A stretch of DNA of 64,000 nt. Source: an uncultured Clostridia bacterium (GTDB lineage Bacteria; Bacillota; Clostridia; TANB77; CAG-508). The position numbers and the translations under genes were made by a program. Within the stretch, counting starts at the first letter, position 1; each line of letters begins with the position of its first letter. Under the pieces are notes generated by a model. It ran no database searches. It worked only from the letters and a program-made list of their open reading frames with translations, and was not told where the DNA came from. The stretch lies in the NCBI GenBank assembly GCA_934183325.1, contig CAKPSH010000004.1, positions 27,433-91,432 of the forward strand, in the 5' to 3' direction. Below, one piece after another: positions 38,932-50,649 of this stretch.

Positions 38932-39029
38932 CTTTTTATAATCAAAATTAGAAATGAATTAATATATAAAATAGAGTCAGATAAAAATAGGGTACTAATT
39001 AATATAAAGAAAAATGGGGGAAAAAATAT

Positions 39030-39785
39030 ATGGAATATAATAAAAATGAATTAAATAAAGTATTAAATGAAATAGAAAGTGATAATAATAAAGACAAGCA
39101 AGAAAAAGCAAAAAAGAATAAAAAAGGTAGAAATTTAATAAGAGCTCTTTTAGGAATTATATTAATAATAATTGCGATGGGAATGCTATTTATAATATAT
39201 GATTATGTATATGGAAGATATGGTGCAGTTGTAGACATGAAACCGATAATATATTTATATCCAACTGAAGATATGCAAGTCTCTGTTAAATTAAAATATA
39301 ACAATAATATAATTGTTTCATATCCGGAGTATTCAAATGGATGGAATGTATTAGCAAAAACAAATGGGACAATGACAGATTTAGTAACGAATAGGGAACT
39401 ATACTCATTATATTATGAAAGCGAAAATGTAGTAAAATTTAAAATGGAAAAAGATGGATTTGTTATTAATAAGAATGATTTAATTACATTTTTTGAAGAA
39501 AAACTAGCAACTCTAGGACTTACAGAAAGAGAAGCAGAAGAGTTTATAATATATTGGTTACCAATTCTTCAAAAGAATGAATATAACTATATAAGATTTG
39601 CAACAACAGAAGAGATAGAAGAAAATACACCATTAGAGATAGAACCTAAACCAGATACAACTATTAGAATTTTAATGACATATAAGGGATTAAAAAAGCC
39701 AATAGAAATTGAAGAACAAAAATTAATTACTCCAGAAAGAAATGGATTTACAGCAGTTGAATGGGGAGGAACAGAAATCGAGTAG
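39030..39785 (+). CDS. Hypothetical membrane-anchored protein
   Basis: Charged N-terminus, one TM helix (LLGIILIIIAMGMLFIIY), extracytoplasmic domain; hairpin terminator follows (39815-39840). Confidence 0.4.
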   Translation: MEYNKNELNKVLNEIESDNNKDKQEKAKKNKKGRNLIRALLGIILIIIAMGMLFIIYDYVYGRYGAVVDMKPIIYLYPTEDMQVSVKLKYNNNIIVSYPEYSNGWNVLAKTNGTMTDLVTNRELYSLYYESENVVKFKMEKDGFVINKNDLITFFEEKLATLGLTEREAEEFIIYWLPILQKNEYNYIRFATTEEIEENTPLEIEPKPDTTIRILMTYKGLKKPIEIEEQKLITPERNGFTAVEWGGTEIE

Positions 39786-39978
39786 ATATGATAATAGTAT
39801 TATTTAAGAAGAAGCTTTTTATAGCTTCTTTTATTTATAAAAGATAAAGAGAGCACTGTTGTAAATTTCAAAAAATAATACAATATAGTGAGAAAAAGAA
39901 AGATAGAAAAAAATCGAAAAGTATGATACAATATCAACGAATAAAAAATAAATATCATAATTTGAAAGGATGATACCA

Positions 39979-41421
39979 ATGGATAAAAAATATGACATAA
40001 TAATTGTTGGAGCAGGACCAAGTGGAGTATTTACTGCATATGAACTAATTCAACTAGGACTTAACAAAACAAAGAAAATAGTAATTATAGAACAAGGAAA
40101 AAAAGTAGAAGATAGAATTTGCCCAATAGAAAAAGTAGGAAAATGTATAAAATGTAAACCATATTGCAACATTACAAGTGGATTTTCAGGAGCAGGAGCT
40201 TTCTCAGATGGAAAATTAACATTACCAAATAAAGATGATGATCATATTGAAGTTGGTGGAAATTTACAAGATTACTTAGGCGTAGAAAAAACAAAAGAAT
40301 TAATGTTTTATGCAGATGATATTTATTTAAGATTTGGAGCAGATCCAAAAGTAGAAGGCTTGGAAAACTTAGATAAAATAAATGAAATAGCTAAGAAAGC
40401 TAAAGAAAATGATATTCTATTATGTAATTGTCCAATTAGACATTTAGGAACAGAAAAAAGTCATGAACTATATGGAAAAATTGAACAATATTTATTAGAA
40501 AATAATATAGAAATCATGTTCCAAACAAATGTAAAAGATTTAATAATAGAAAATAATAATATAAAAGGAGCAATAATAGAAAAGTCAGGACATCCAGAAG
40601 AAAATGAAAATATATATGCAGATACTGTTATACTTGGAATAGGAAGAAAAGGAGCAGAATGGCTTGCAGAAATGTGTGAAAAACACAATATAGAAAACAC
40701 AGCAGGAGTTGTTGATATTGGTGTAAGATATGAATTGCCAGATGAAGTTATGAAAGATGTAAATAAATATATGTATGAAGGCAAATTTGTTGGATATTTA
40801 CCACCATATGGAGATAAAGTAAGAACTTTCTGTCAAAACCCAAGTGGATTTGTTGCAAATGAAGTATATGATAACAATTTGACATTAGTAAATGGACATG
40901 CATATAAAGACAGAAAAAGCACAAATACAAATTTAGCAATATTAGCATCACATCATTTTAATAATCCATTCAAAGAACCAATAAAATATGGAATGAATAT
41001 AGCAGAAAATGCAAATCAATTAGGAAAAGGAAATGTTTTAGTTCAAAGACTAGGAGACATATTAAATGGAAAGAGAACATGGGAAAAAGAACTTGAAAAC
41101 AATAACGTAGTTCCTACATTAAAAACAGCAATAGCTGGAGATATTACTTATGCAATAGGTTATAGAACAATGGTGGATATACTAGAATTTATAAAAAGGA
41201 TGGATAAGGTTATTCCGGGATTTGCAAATCCAGATAATTTATTATATGCAGCAGAAATAAAATTCTATTCTAATCAATTAATAATAGATAATAATTTTGA
41301 AACAAGTATAAATGGATTGTATTCAATTGGTGATGGAGGAGGACTAACAAGAGGATTAATAATGGCATCTGCAAGTGGAATACAAATGGCAAGAGTAATT
41401 GACAGCAAAAACGAAAAATAA
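39979..41421 (+). CDS. FAD-dependent oxidoreductase (uncharacterised FAD-dependent dehydrogenase family)
   Basis: DIIIVGAGPSGVFTAYEL dinucleotide-binding motif; CxxC..C cluster; C-terminal GDGGG motif. Confidence 0.7.
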   Translation: MDKKYDIIIVGAGPSGVFTAYELIQLGLNKTKKIVIIEQGKKVEDRICPIEKVGKCIKCKPYCNITSGFSGAGAFSDGKLTLPNKDDDHIEVGGNLQDYLGVEKTKELMFYADDIYLRFGADPKVEGLENLDKINEIAKKAKENDILLCNCPIRHLGTEKSHELYGKIEQYLLENNIEIMFQTNVKDLIIENNNIKGAIIEKSGHPEENENIYADTVILGIGRKGAEWLAEMCEKHNIENTAGVVDIGVRYELPDEVMKDVNKYMYEGKFVGYLPPYGDKVRTFCQNPSGFVANEVYDNNLTLVNGHAYKDRKSTNTNLAILASHHFNNPFKEPIKYGMNIAENANQLGKGNVLVQRLGDILNGKRTWEKELENNNVVPTLKTAIAGDITYAIGYRTMVDILEFIKRMDKVIPGFANPDNLLYAAEIKFYSNQLIIDNNFETSINGLYSIGDGGGLTRGLIMASASGIQMARVIDSKNEK

Positions 41422-41455
41422 TATAATGTAGAAAAACTTGAAAGGATGAGCAAAA

Positions 41456-41614
41456 ATGAAAGTCTTTATTACAGCGTGTATCCTTGGAACTATTGGCGGT
41501 TTGATCATTCGGGTAACATTCGATGAAAAACAAAAACGAAAGGAAAAAATTAAAAAGAATATAATGTTGGTAACGGCTTGCATTGTGATTCTTGCGATTG
41601 CAAGTAAGATTTGA
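41456..41614 (+). CDS. Possible 52-aa two-helix membrane peptide
   Basis: ATG after AAAGGATGA; MKVFITACILGTIGGLIIRV..KQKRKEKIKKN..IMLVTACIVILAIASKI; followed by a hairpin terminator; below ORF-track cutoff; locally elevated GC. Confidence 0.35.
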   Translation: MKVFITACILGTIGGLIIRVTFDEKQKRKEKIKKNIMLVTACIVILAIASKI

Positions 41615-41823
41615 GAGATGCAAAAGAGTATAATTCTGTTAAAGGAGTTATGCTCTTTTGCGTTTTTTATAGATATATAAAATAATAATACTCTTTATAT
41701 AAGATAATGCAATTACACGATAATAAAAGTTACTATATATACTGTAAAGTTTGAAATTTTATTATTAACTTTTTATACAAAAAATATAATATACTAAAAA
41801 ATTAAAGAAATGGTAGAATTTTC

Positions 41824-41852
41824 TTGACATATTAAAGAATCCAGTATATAAT
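41824..41852 (+). promoter_or_regulatory. Consensus sigma-A promoter of the S10 ribosomal operon (TTGACA-17-TATAAT) with ~280-nt leader
   Basis: -35 TTGACA 41824-41829, 17-nt spacer, -10 TATAAT 41847-41852. Confidence 0.5.
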
Positions 41853-42130
41853 ATTAAAGCTATAAATTTGCGATGAAACAGAATGTGGCTACAAATATTA
41901 AGTAACAATATTTGGAGGGAACTTCTGCGGAGCATGTCATGGCTTAGACCAGGCGATAAGTTTTATATATAGAAACGCTTATCCCAAGAAAAATATTGCA
42001 AAATAACTTGGGATTAAATGTTATCATAAAAAGAAACACTAGGAAGCGTTTTAAAACTTGCCGTAATAATTTAGCTAAAGCACAGATTTTTAGCAAGTTA
42101 AAAAGATTTAAAAGGAGGGAAAAAATTACT

Positions 42131-42460
42131 ATGGCAGTTGCAAACAAAGTTACAAGTAGTGAAAAAATTAGAATAAGATTAAAAGCTTATGATCATGATG
42201 TTTTAGATCAGTCTGCTGCAAAAATAGTAGATACTGCTAAAAGAACAGGAGCAAAGGTTTCAGGTCCTATTCCACTACCAACAAAGAAAGAAGTCGTAAC
42301 AGTTTTACGTTGTCCACATAAGTACAAAGATTCAAGAGAACAATTCGAAATGAGAACACATAAAAGAGTTATAGACATAGCTTACCCAACACAAAAAACA
42401 ATTGATAGTTTAATGAAATTAGAACTACCAGCTGGTGTTGATATCGAAATGAAATTGTAA
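42131..42460 (+). CDS. rpsJ: 30S ribosomal protein S10
   Basis: [28 protein letters not shown] canonical S10; start ATG 42131 after AAAGGAGGG (the track ORF from 41996 is over-extended). Confidence 0.95.
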   Translation: MAVANKVTSSEKIRIRLKAYDHDVLDQSAAKIVDTAKRTGAKVSGPIPLPTKKEVVTVLRCPHKYKDSREQFEMRTHKRVIDIAYPTQKTIDSLMKLELPAGVDIEMKL

Positions 42461-42603
42461 TTTTAAGTTACAAAATAATAATTATTAAAAAATATTTTTA
42501 AGAAGTAACCATGCTGACGAAAGCCAGCCAATAGTTAAGTTAGCCGTTCGAAAGAACATTACGGATAACTTATACGGTGAAACGTATAGGAGGAAAATTT
42601 AAA

Positions 42604-43239
42604 ATGGAAAAAGCAATTATAGGTAAAAAAATTGGAATGACACAAATATTTGATGAAAACGGATTAGTAGTTCCAGTTACAGCAATTGAAGCCGGACCAT
42701 GTGTTGTAGCACAAGTAAAAACAATTGAAAACGATGGATACAATGCAATTCAATTAGGTTACGGTGATGTTAAAGAAAATAGAATAAACAGACCAGAAAA
42801 AGGTCATTTTACAAAAGCAAATATTACAGCAAAAAAACATTTAAGAGAATTCAGAGTTTCAGATGTTGCTGATGTAACAGTTGGAAGCGAAGTTAAAGCA
42901 GATGTTTTTGAAGCTGGAGATAAAATAGATGTTCAAGGTACTTCAAAAGGAAAAGGATTCCAAGGCGTAATTAAACGTCACGGACAATCTAGAGGACCTA
43001 TGGGACATGGTTCTATGTATCATAGAAGACCAGGTTCAATGGGATCAACATCAACACCAGGAAGAGTATTTAAAGGTAAAAAACTACCAGGACACATGGG
43101 AGTTCAAACAGTTACAATACAAAACTTAGATGTTGTTAAAGTTGACCTTGATAAAAATGTAATATTAGTAAAAGGTAGTGTACCAGGACCAAAAGGTGCA
43201 ATATTAAAAATAAGAAAAACTGTAAAGAGCAGTAAATAG
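42604..43239 (+). CDS. rplC: 50S ribosomal protein L3
   Basis: [10 protein letters not shown]..canonical L3; start ATG 42604 after ATAGGAGGAA. Confidence 0.95.
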   Translation: MEKAIIGKKIGMTQIFDENGLVVPVTAIEAGPCVVAQVKTIENDGYNAIQLGYGDVKENRINRPEKGHFTKANITAKKHLREFRVSDVADVTVGSEVKADVFEAGDKIDVQGTSKGKGFQGVIKRHGQSRGPMGHGSMYHRRPGSMGSTSTPGRVFKGKKLPGHMGVQTVTIQNLDVVKVDLDKNVILVKGSVPGPKGAILKIRKTVKSSK

Positions 43240-43259
43240 TAGAAAGGAGGAAGTAGAAA

Positions 43260-43883
43260 ATGCCAAAAATAGATGTATATGATATAAATGGTAAAAAAGT
43301 AAGCGAAGTTGAATTAAACGAAGAAGTATTTGGAATTGAACCAAATGAAGAATTAGTTCAAGCAGCAGTAGTTAATTATTTAGCAAATCAAAGACAAGGA
43401 ACACAAAGCACAAAAACTAGAGCTGAAGTTAGAGGCGGTGGAAGAAAACCTTGGAGACAAAAAGGAACAGGTAGAGCTAGACAAGGAAGTATACGTGCTC
43501 CACAATGGATAAAAGGTGGTATTGCATTAGGACCAAAACCACGTTCATACAGATATACAATCAATAAGAAAGAAAGAAGAATTGCTATCAAATCTGTATT
43601 AAGTTCAAAAGTATTAGAAAATCAATTAACTGTTGTTGATAATATTTCATTTGATGAAATAAAAACAAAGAATATGGTAACAGCACTTAACAATTTAAAA
43701 GTTGAAGGAAAAACTTTAATAATGTTAGCTGAAAAGAATGAAAACGTTCAAAAATCAGCAAGAAATATTGAAGGAGTAAAAACAACTTTAGTAAATACAA
43801 TAAATGTATATGATTTATTAAAATACAATAAACTTGTTGTTACTCTTGATACTGTTAAAAAATTAGAGGAGGTGTACGCATAA
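43260..43883 (+). CDS. rplD: 50S ribosomal protein L4
   Basis: Canonical L4, position after rplC. Confidence 0.95.
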   Translation: MPKIDVYDINGKKVSEVELNEEVFGIEPNEELVQAAVVNYLANQRQGTQSTKTRAEVRGGGRKPWRQKGTGRARQGSIRAPQWIKGGIALGPKPRSYRYTINKKERRIAIKSVLSSKVLENQLTVVDNISFDEIKTKNMVTALNNLKVEGKTLIMLAEKNENVQKSARNIEGVKTTLVNTINVYDLLKYNKLVVTLDTVKKLEEVYA

Positions 43884-44230
43884 TGATAGCAGAAGAAATT
43901 ATAATAAGACCAGTTGTAACAGAAAAATCAAGCGATGGGTTACAAGATGGAAAGTATACCTTTGAAGTTAACAAAAAAGCTACTAAAGTTGAAATTGCAA
44001 AAGCAGTTGAAAAACTTTTCGAAGTTAAAGTTTTAAAAGTTAACACAGTAACAGTAAGAGGAAAAGAAAAAAGAGTAGGTGTTCATACAGGAAGAACATC
44101 TGAATGGAAGAAAGCTATTGTAACAATAGATAGAAATCCAGAAGCAAAATCTTACCTTACAAAAGGTGGAAAAGAAGTTAAATCTTCTAAGAAATTCAAA
44201 GATTCAATTGATGAATTTATGGGTGCTTAA
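43883..44230 (+). CDS. rplW: 50S ribosomal protein L23 (with ~20-aa lysine-rich C-terminal extension)
   Basis: Canonical L23 core; overlaps rplD stop (TAATG). Confidence 0.9.
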   Translation: MIAEEIIIRPVVTEKSSDGLQDGKYTFEVNKKATKVEIAKAVEKLFEVKVLKVNTVTVRGKEKRVGVHTGRTSEWKKAIVTIDRNPEAKSYLTKGGKEVKSSKKFKDSIDEFMGA

Positions 44231-44356
44231 TTAAGATAAAATTATCGAGAAATTACTCGGATAAAAAAGAATATCTGTGATACGGAGCAGGAAAAAATCC
44301 GTAAATATAATAAATGAGAAAACAATTAATATTGTTTGTAAAGAAAGGAAAATAAG

Positions 44357-45187
44357 ATGAAACACTTTAGAGCATATACTCCATCAAGAAGAAACATGGT
44401 TCTTTCTGATTATGCAGAAATCACAAAGAAAACTCCTGAAAAATCTTTATTAACAACAAAGAAAGAAAAAGCAGGAAGAAACTCTTATGGTAGAATAACA
44501 GTTAGACACCAAGGTGGAGGAAATAGACAAAAATATAGAATTATAGATTTTAAACGTAATAGAAATGATGATATGGAAGCAACAGTAATTGGTATCGAAT
44601 ATGATCCAAACAGAAGTGCAAACATAGCATTAATCGAATATGAAAATGGAGAAAGAGCTTATATTTTAGCACCAATCGGATTAACAGATGGAGCTAAAGT
44701 AGTAGCAGGAAAGAAAGCTGACATTAAACCAGGAAATTGTATGGAAATTGAAAGTATCCCAGTTGGTACAATGATTCACAACATAGAATTAAATCCAGGT
44801 CAAGGTGGAAAGCTAGTAAGAAGTGCTGGTCAAGCTGCACAATTAATGGCTAAAGAAGGTAAATATGCACATGTTAGATTACCTTCAGGAGAAATGAGAT
44901 TAGTTTTAGTAAATTGTAGAGCTACAGTAGGAACTGTAGGAAATACAGATCACGAAAACGTAAAATTAGGAAAAGCTGGAAAAACAAGACATTTAGGTAT
45001 ACGTCCATCAGTTCGTGGTAGCGTTATGAACCCAGTAGATCACCCTCATGGTGGTGGTGAAGGTAGAGCTCCAGTAGGACGTCCAGGACCAATGACTCCA
45101 TGGGGAAAACCAGCAAACGGATATAAGACAAGAAAGAAACATAATAGAACAGACAGACTAATTGTTAAGAGAAGAGGTGGAAAATAA
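44357..45187 (+). CDS. rplB: 50S ribosomal protein L2
   Basis: Canonical L2 ([14 protein letters not shown]... HPHGGGEG). Confidence 0.95.
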   Translation: MKHFRAYTPSRRNMVLSDYAEITKKTPEKSLLTTKKEKAGRNSYGRITVRHQGGGNRQKYRIIDFKRNRNDDMEATVIGIEYDPNRSANIALIEYENGERAYILAPIGLTDGAKVVAGKKADIKPGNCMEIESIPVGTMIHNIELNPGQGGKLVRSAGQAAQLMAKEGKYAHVRLPSGEMRLVLVNCRATVGTVGNTDHENVKLGKAGKTRHLGIRPSVRGSVMNPVDHPHGGGEGRAPVGRPGPMTPWGKPANGYKTRKKHNRTDRLIVKRRGGK

Positions 45188-45468
45188 TGTCAAGATCAAG
45201 TAAAAAAACACCATTCGTAGAACCTAAACTATTAAAAAGAATAGAAGCTATGAATGAATCAGGAAAGAAAGAAGTTCTAAAAACCTGGTCAAGAGCATCT
45301 ACTATTTATCCACAAATGATTGGTCATACAATCGCAGTTCATGATGGTAGAAAACACGTACCAGTATACATTTCAGAAGAAATGATAGGACATAAATTAG
45401 GAGAATTTGCTCCAACAAGAACATTCAAAGGCCATGCCGGAGAAAAGGCAACAACAGTAAAGAAATAG
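45187..45468 (+). CDS. rpsS: 30S ribosomal protein S19
   Basis: [20 protein letters not shown].. canonical S19. Confidence 0.95.
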   Translation: MSRSSKKTPFVEPKLLKRIEAMNESGKKEVLKTWSRASTIYPQMIGHTIAVHDGRKHVPVYISEEMIGHKLGEFAPTRTFKGHAGEKATTVKK

Positions 45469-45486
45469 AAGGAGGTAATAGGTAAG

Positions 45487-45840
45487 ATGGAAGAAAATAC
45501 AGTATTAGAAGCTAGAGCAACTTTAAATAACGCTAGAATTTCTGCTAGAAAAGTTAAAATAGTTGCAGACTTAATAAGAGGAAAAGATGTTAATGAAGCT
45601 TTAGCTATCGTTAAATATACACCAAAAGCAGCATCACCAATGGTTGAAAAATTATTAAAATCAGCTATAGCAAATGCTGAAAACAATCATAATATGAATG
45701 GTCAAAACTTATATATTGCTGAAATCTATGCAAACCAAGGTCCAACAATGAAAAGAATTAGAGCAGCAGCAAAAGGTTCAGCTGTAAGAATAAGAAAGAG
45801 AACAAGTCATATAACAATAGTTTTAAGAGAGAGAGTATAA
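45487..45840 (+). CDS. rplV: 50S ribosomal protein L22
   Basis: Canonical L22. Confidence 0.95.
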   Translation: MEENTVLEARATLNNARISARKVKIVADLIRGKDVNEALAIVKYTPKAASPMVEKLLKSAIANAENNHNMNGQNLYIAEIYANQGPTMKRIRAAAKGSAVRIRKRTSHITIVLRERV

Positions 45841-45859
45841 GGAAAGGAGGATTTAAAAA

Positions 45860-46522
45860 ATGGGACAAAAAATGCATCCACATGGATTAAGAGTAGGTGT
45901 AATTAAAGATTGGAATTCAAAATGGTATGCTGATTCTAAAAACTTTAGTGATTACTTAGTTGAAGATAAAAAAATCCGTGAATATGTAAAGAAAAAATTA
46001 TACGTTAGTGGTATTTCTAAAATAGAGATTGAAAGAAATGCTAAAATCGTAAAAGTTAACGTATATACTGCTAAACCAGGATTAGTAATTGGTAAAGGCG
46101 GAGCATTAGTAGAAAGCTTAAAAGCTGAACTACAAAAAATGATAAATAAAGACGTAAATTTAAATATTGTTGAGGTAAAGGATTTCGATACAGACGCACA
46201 ATTAGTTGCTGAAAATATCGCATCTCAACTTGAAAGAAGAATTTCATTCAGAAAAGCAATGAAACAAGTAATGCAAAAAGCTATGAAAGCTGGAGCATTA
46301 GGAATAAAAACAGCAGTTTCAGGAAGATTAGCTGGAGCTGATATGGCAAGAACAGAATTCTATAAGGAGGGAACAATTCCTCTACAAACTTTAAGAGCTG
46401 ATATAGATTATGGATTTGCTGAAGCAAATACAACTTATGGAAAAATAGGTGTAAAAGTTTGGATTTATAAGGGTGAAGTTCTTCCTGAAAAAAAAGTTAA
46501 AACAGAAGGGGGAGAACAATAA
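45860..46522 (+). CDS. rpsC: 30S ribosomal protein S3
   Basis: [14 protein letters not shown].. KH domain; canonical S3. Confidence 0.95.
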   Translation: MGQKMHPHGLRVGVIKDWNSKWYADSKNFSDYLVEDKKIREYVKKKLYVSGISKIEIERNAKIVKVNVYTAKPGLVIGKGGALVESLKAELQKMINKDVNLNIVEVKDFDTDAQLVAENIASQLERRISFRKAMKQVMQKAMKAGALGIKTAVSGRLAGADMARTEFYKEGTIPLQTLRADIDYGFAEANTTYGKIGVKVWIYKGEVLPEKKVKTEGGEQ

Positions 46523-46962
46523 TGCCATTAATGCCAACAAGAACAAAATATAGAAAAGTACAAAAAGGTAGAATTAGAGGTAAAGCTTCTAGAGGAAACC
46601 AAGTTACAGATGGTGAATTTGGTCTTCAAGCTTTAGAGATTGGAAGAATCAAATCTAATCAAATAGAAGCAGCACGTATTGCTATGACTCGTTACATTAA
46701 AAGAGGTGGTCAAGTTTGGATTAAAATATTCCCAGACAAACCAGTAACATCTAAACCTCTAGGAACTCGTATGGGTAAAGGAAAAGGAGCTCCAGAATAT
46801 TGGGTAGCACCAGTTAAACCAGGTAGAGTAATGTTCGAAATAGCAGGTGTACCTGAAGCAGACGCAAGAGAAGCTTTAAGATTAGCAGCAAACAAGTTAC
46901 CTATAAAAACAAAGTTTGTAGCTAAAGTAAATAATGTAGGTGGTGATAGCGATGAAGATTAA
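46522..46962 (+). CDS. rplP: 50S ribosomal protein L16
   Basis: Canonical L16. Confidence 0.95.
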   Translation: MPLMPTRTKYRKVQKGRIRGKASRGNQVTDGEFGLQALEIGRIKSNQIEAARIAMTRYIKRGGQVWIKIFPDKPVTSKPLGTRMGKGKGAPEYWVAPVKPGRVMFEIAGVPEADAREALRLAANKLPIKTKFVAKVNNVGGDSDED

Positions 46963-47149
46963 TAAAATAAATGAAATGTCTTCACCAGAACTTGAAAAAG
47001 AATTAGGTGAGTTAAAAACTGAGTTATTCAAATTAAGATTCAGCCTAGCTACAAATGGATTAGATAATCCATTAAAAATAAAGGAAGTAAAAAAAGATAT
47101 AGCAAGAATAAATACAGTTTTAAGACAAAGAGAATTAAGTAATAAATAA
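46952..47149 (+). CDS. rpmC: 50S ribosomal protein L29
   Basis: [30 protein letters not shown].. canonical L29; start overlaps rplP end. Confidence 0.9.
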   Translation: MKINKINEMSSPELEKELGELKTELFKLRFSLATNGLDNPLKIKEVKKDIARINTVLRQRELSNK

Positions 47150-47194
47150 TAAAGGCATAAAATATTAGTGATTGAACTAAGAAAGGAGAAGATT

Positions 47195-47458
47195 ATGGAA
47201 GAAAGAAATCTTCGTAAAGTTATGATTGGTACAGTTGTATCTGACAAAATGGATAAAACAGTAGTAGTATCAGTTGAAACTAGTGTTAGACATAGTATAT
47301 ATAACAAAACTATGAAAAGAACATACAAATTAAAAGCACATGACGAAGAAAATGCTTGTCATGTAGGAGATAAAGTAAAAGTAATGGAAACAAGACCACT
47401 TTCTAAAGACAAGAGATGGAGAGTTGTTGAAATTATGGAAAAGGCAATAGTTAAATAA
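47195..47458 (+). CDS. rpsQ: 30S ribosomal protein S17
   Basis: [25 protein letters not shown].. canonical S17; start after GAAAGGAGAAG. Confidence 0.9.
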   Translation: MEERNLRKVMIGTVVSDKMDKTVVVSVETSVRHSIYNKTMKRTYKLKAHDEENACHVGDKVKVMETRPLSKDKRWRVVEIMEKAIVK

Positions 47459-47542
47459 CATAATTTCTAAACTCGTTTTTAGTCATGAATATTAGAAAGC
47501 TAAAAAAATTTGAAATAAGAAATCGAAAAGGAGGACACTAAA

Positions 47543-47911
47543 ATGGTACAACAACAAACTGTATTAAAAGTAGCTGATAACACAGGTGCAAAAGAAATTA
47601 TGTGCATTAGATGTTTAGGTGGATCTTATAGAAGATATGCTCACATTGGTGATGTAATAGTAGCTTCTGTAAAATCAGCTGCTCCAGGTGGAACTGTAAA
47701 AAAAGGTCAAGTAGTTAAAGCTGTAGTTGTAAGAACAAAAAATCCAACAAGACGTGCAGACGGATCTTATGTTAGATTTGATGAAAATGCAGCAGTAATA
47801 ATAAAAGAAGACGGAACACCAACAGGTACTCGTATATTTGGACCAGTAGCTAGAGAATTAAGAGATGGTGGATATATGAAAATATTATCTTTAGCTCCAG
47901 AAGTTCTTTAG
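47543..47911 (+). CDS. rplN: 50S ribosomal protein L14
   Basis: Canonical L14. Confidence 0.95.
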   Translation: MVQQQTVLKVADNTGAKEIMCIRCLGGSYRRYAHIGDVIVASVKSAAPGGTVKKGQVVKAVVVRTKNPTRRADGSYVRFDENAAVIIKEDGTPTGTRIFGPVARELRDGGYMKILSLAPEVL

Positions 47912-47958
47912 ATTAAATAATATTAGTGAATAAAATAGCTAAAAAAGAGGTGAAATTA

Positions 47959-48267
47959 ATGAATATAAAAAAAGGTGATACAGTAAAAATCTTATCAGGA
48001 AATGATAAAGGTAAAACAGGAGAAGTAATGGAAGTAATACCTAAAACAGAGAAAATTGTTGTAAAAGGTATTAATATAAGAAAAAAACATGTAAAACCTA
48101 GAAAACAAGGTGAAGAAGGCGGAATTATTCCAGTAGAATGTGCTATACATAGCTCAAAAGTAAATCTTGTTTGTCCAAAATGTGGAAAAGCAACAAGAAT
48201 TGGTTATGTAATGGAAAAAGACGAAAAAGTACGTGTTTGTAAAAAATGTGGTGCAAAAATAAAATAA
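47959..48267 (+). CDS. rplX: 50S ribosomal protein L24 (variant carrying a C-terminal CxxC...CxxC zinc-ribbon)
   Basis: KOW motif KKGDTVKILSGNDKGK; C-terminal CPKCGK..CKKCGAK; start ATG 47959 after AAGAGGTGA. Confidence 0.9.
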   Translation: MNIKKGDTVKILSGNDKGKTGEVMEVIPKTEKIVVKGINIRKKHVKPRKQGEEGGIIPVECAIHSSKVNLVCPKCGKATRIGYVMEKDEKVRVCKKCGAKIK

Positions 48268-48291
48268 TTTAAAGAAAGGAGGAATTAAAAA

Positions 48292-48831
48292 ATGAGCGAA
48301 TTAAAGGAAAAATATTTAAAAGAAGCTGTTCCAGCTTTAACAAAAAAATTCGAATACAAATCAGTTATGCAAGTTCCAAAACTTGATAAAATAGTTATAA
48401 ATATAGGTCTTGGAGATACAAGAGATAATCCAAAAGACTTAGAAAATGCAATTAAAGATTTAAGCATAATAACAGGTCAAAAACCAATTATTACAAAAGC
48501 TAAAAAATCAATAGCTGCATTCAAATTAAGAGAGGGAGCAAATGTAGGATGCAAAGTTACTTTAAGAGGAGAAAAAATGTATGAATTTGCTTATAAATTA
48601 TTCAATACAGCTCTTCCAAGAGTAAGAGATTTTAGAGGTGTTTCTACAACTTCTTTTGATGGAAAAGGAAATTATTCATTAGGAATTAAAGAACAATTAA
48701 TATTCCCAGAAATTGAATATGATAAAATTGATAAATTAAGAGGAATGGATATAATTTTCGTAACAACAGCAAATAAAGACGAGGAAGCAAGAGAATTATT
48801 ATCTCTATTGGGAATGCCGTTTAGAAGCTAG
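48292..48831 (+). CDS. rplE: 50S ribosomal protein L5
   Basis: Canonical L5. Confidence 0.95.
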   Translation: MSELKEKYLKEAVPALTKKFEYKSVMQVPKLDKIVINIGLGDTRDNPKDLENAIKDLSIITGQKPIITKAKKSIAAFKLREGANVGCKVTLRGEKMYEFAYKLFNTALPRVRDFRGVSTTSFDGKGNYSLGIKEQLIFPEIEYDKIDKLRGMDIIFVTTANKDEEARELLSLLGMPFRS

Positions 48832-48950
48832 AAATTAGAAGTTAGAGGTTAGAAAGTAGAAAAATTCTAACATCTAATGTCTAACATCTAAAAAGTATTT
48901 CTAAAATTATAAAAAGATATATGAAGATATAAAAAGGAGGAAAATTCTAA

Positions 48951-49136
48951 ATGGCAAAAAAATCAATGATTGCAAAACAACAAAGACCACAAAAATTTTC
49001 AACAAGAAAATATAATAGATGTAAATTATGTGGTAGACCACATGGATATATAAGAAAATATGGAATATGCCGTGTATGCTTTAGAGAATTAGCTCATAAA
49101 GGTGAAATCCCTGGAGTAAAGAAAGCTAGCTGGTAA
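48951..49136 (+). CDS. rpsN: 30S ribosomal protein S14 type Z (zinc-binding, 61 aa)
   Basis: [21 protein letters not shown]4 motif. Confidence 0.95.
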   Translation: MAKKSMIAKQQRPQKFSTRKYNRCKLCGRPHGYIRKYGICRVCFRELAHKGEIPGVKKASW

Positions 49137-49204
49137 AATTTAAGTTAGATAAGAGAAATCTAACAAAAAATAATTGAGTTATAAGTAAGGAGGGAAATTA
49201 AAAA

Positions 49205-49603
49205 ATGGTAACAACAGATCCAATAGCAGATATGTTAACAAGAATCAGAAATGCTAATACAGCAAAACATAAAACAGTTGATATTCCTGCATCAAAAATG
49301 AAATTAGCTATTGCTAATATATTATTTAAAGAAGGATATATAAAATCTTTCGAAGAAATAGCTGGGGAAAACCAAGCAACAATAAGAGTTACTTTAAAGT
49401 ATGATGAAAAAGGTAAAAGAGTTATAGACGGTATAAAGAGAATAAGTAAACCAGGATTAAGAATATATACTTCAAAAGAAGATTTACCAAGAGTATTAAA
49501 TGGTTTAGGTATAGCAATTGTATCTACATCAAAAGGAATAATGACAGATAAAGAAGCAAGATCATTAGGATTAGGTGGAGAAATAATCGCTTACGTATGG
49601 TAG
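49205..49603 (+). CDS. rpsH: 30S ribosomal protein S8
   Basis: Canonical S8 ([14 protein letters not shown]). Confidence 0.95.
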   Translation: MVTTDPIADMLTRIRNANTAKHKTVDIPASKMKLAIANILFKEGYIKSFEEIAGENQATIRVTLKYDEKGKRVIDGIKRISKPGLRIYTSKEDLPRVLNGLGIAIVSTSKGIMTDKEARSLGLGGEIIAYVW

Positions 49604-49652
49604 TAAAAAATTATTGAAATATAAAAAGATATATAGAGAGGTGAAAACAATG

Positions 49653-50189
49653 TCAAGAATAGGAAAACAACCTATTACAATTCCAGAAGGAGTTGAAGTA
49701 AAAATAGATGGTAATAAAGTATCTGTAAAAGGACCAAAAGGAAGTCTTGAAAAAGAATTCAATCCATTAATGAACATAACAATCGAAAATAACGAAGTTA
49801 TAGTTACAAGACCAAATGATGAAGAATTATCAAGAAGCTTACATGGTTTAACAAGAACTTTAATCCACAATATGATAATGGGTGTTAAAGATGAATTTAA
49901 GAAAGAATTAGAAATCAATGGTGTTGGTTATAGGGTTGCAAAACAAGGAAACAATCTTAACCTAACATTAGGATATTCTCATCCAGTAATATTTGAAGCA
50001 CCAGCTGGTATAACATTTGACGTTCCAAATCAAAACCAAATCATAGTAAGAGGAATTGACAAAGAATTAGTTGGTCAAACAGCAGCTGTTATAAGAACAA
50101 AGAGATTACCTGAAGTTTATAAGGGTAAAGGTATCAAATATGCTGACGAAGTTATTCGTAGAAAAGAAGGTAAAACTGGTAAAAAATAG
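49653..50189 (+). CDS. rplF: 50S ribosomal protein L6
   Basis: [18 protein letters not shown].. canonical L6; start after AGAGAGGTGAAAA. Confidence 0.95.
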   Translation, partial: SRIGKQPITIPEGVEVKIDGNKVSVKGPKGSLEKEFNPLMNITIENNEVIVTRPNDEELSRSLHGLTRTLIHNMIMGVKDEFKKELEINGVGYRVAKQGNNLNLTLGYSHPVIFEAPAGITFDVPNQNQIIVRGIDKELVGQTAAVIRTKRLPEVYKGKGIKYADEVIRRKEGKTGKK

Positions 50190-50252
50190 TTTTTGCCAAT
50201 TAATTAGAAAACTTTTAAAAATTGTAATAATGAATGGAAAGGAGAGAAAGAA

Positions 50253-50612
50253 ATGGTTTCTAGTACAAACAGAAAAATGGAAAGAGAAAGAAGACATGCT
50301 CGTGTACGTAGAAAGGTTAGTGGAACAGCTGAATGTCCAAGACTTTGCGTATACAGAAGCAATGCAAACATCTATGCTCAAATAATAGATGATGTTAAAG
50401 GAGTAACACTTGTTTCTGCTTCAACATTAGACAAAGAAGTAAAAGAAAAACATAGCAATATTGAAGCTGCAAAAGAAGTTGGAGCTTTAATAGCAAAAAG
50501 AGCTTTAGAAAAGAAAATTGAAAACGTTGTATATGATAGAGGCGGATATATCTATCACGGTGTTGTAAAAGAATTAGCTGAAGCCGCTCGTAATGGAGGA
50601 TTAAAATTCTAA
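50253..50612 (+). CDS. rplR: 50S ribosomal protein L18
   Basis: Canonical L18. Confidence 0.95.
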   Translation: MVSSTNRKMERERRHARVRRKVSGTAECPRLCVYRSNANIYAQIIDDVKGVTLVSASTLDKEVKEKHSNIEAAKEVGALIAKRALEKKIENVVYDRGGYIYHGVVKELAEAARNGGLKF

Positions 50613-50649
50613 AACATAAATAATGTAAAAAAGGAGGAAAAAACCTAAA

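Noticed and set aside
41996-42130. Upstream extension of rpsJ ([15 protein letters not shown]...)
   Set aside because: The real S10 starts at ATG 42131 after AAAGGAGGG. The extension runs through the operon leader.
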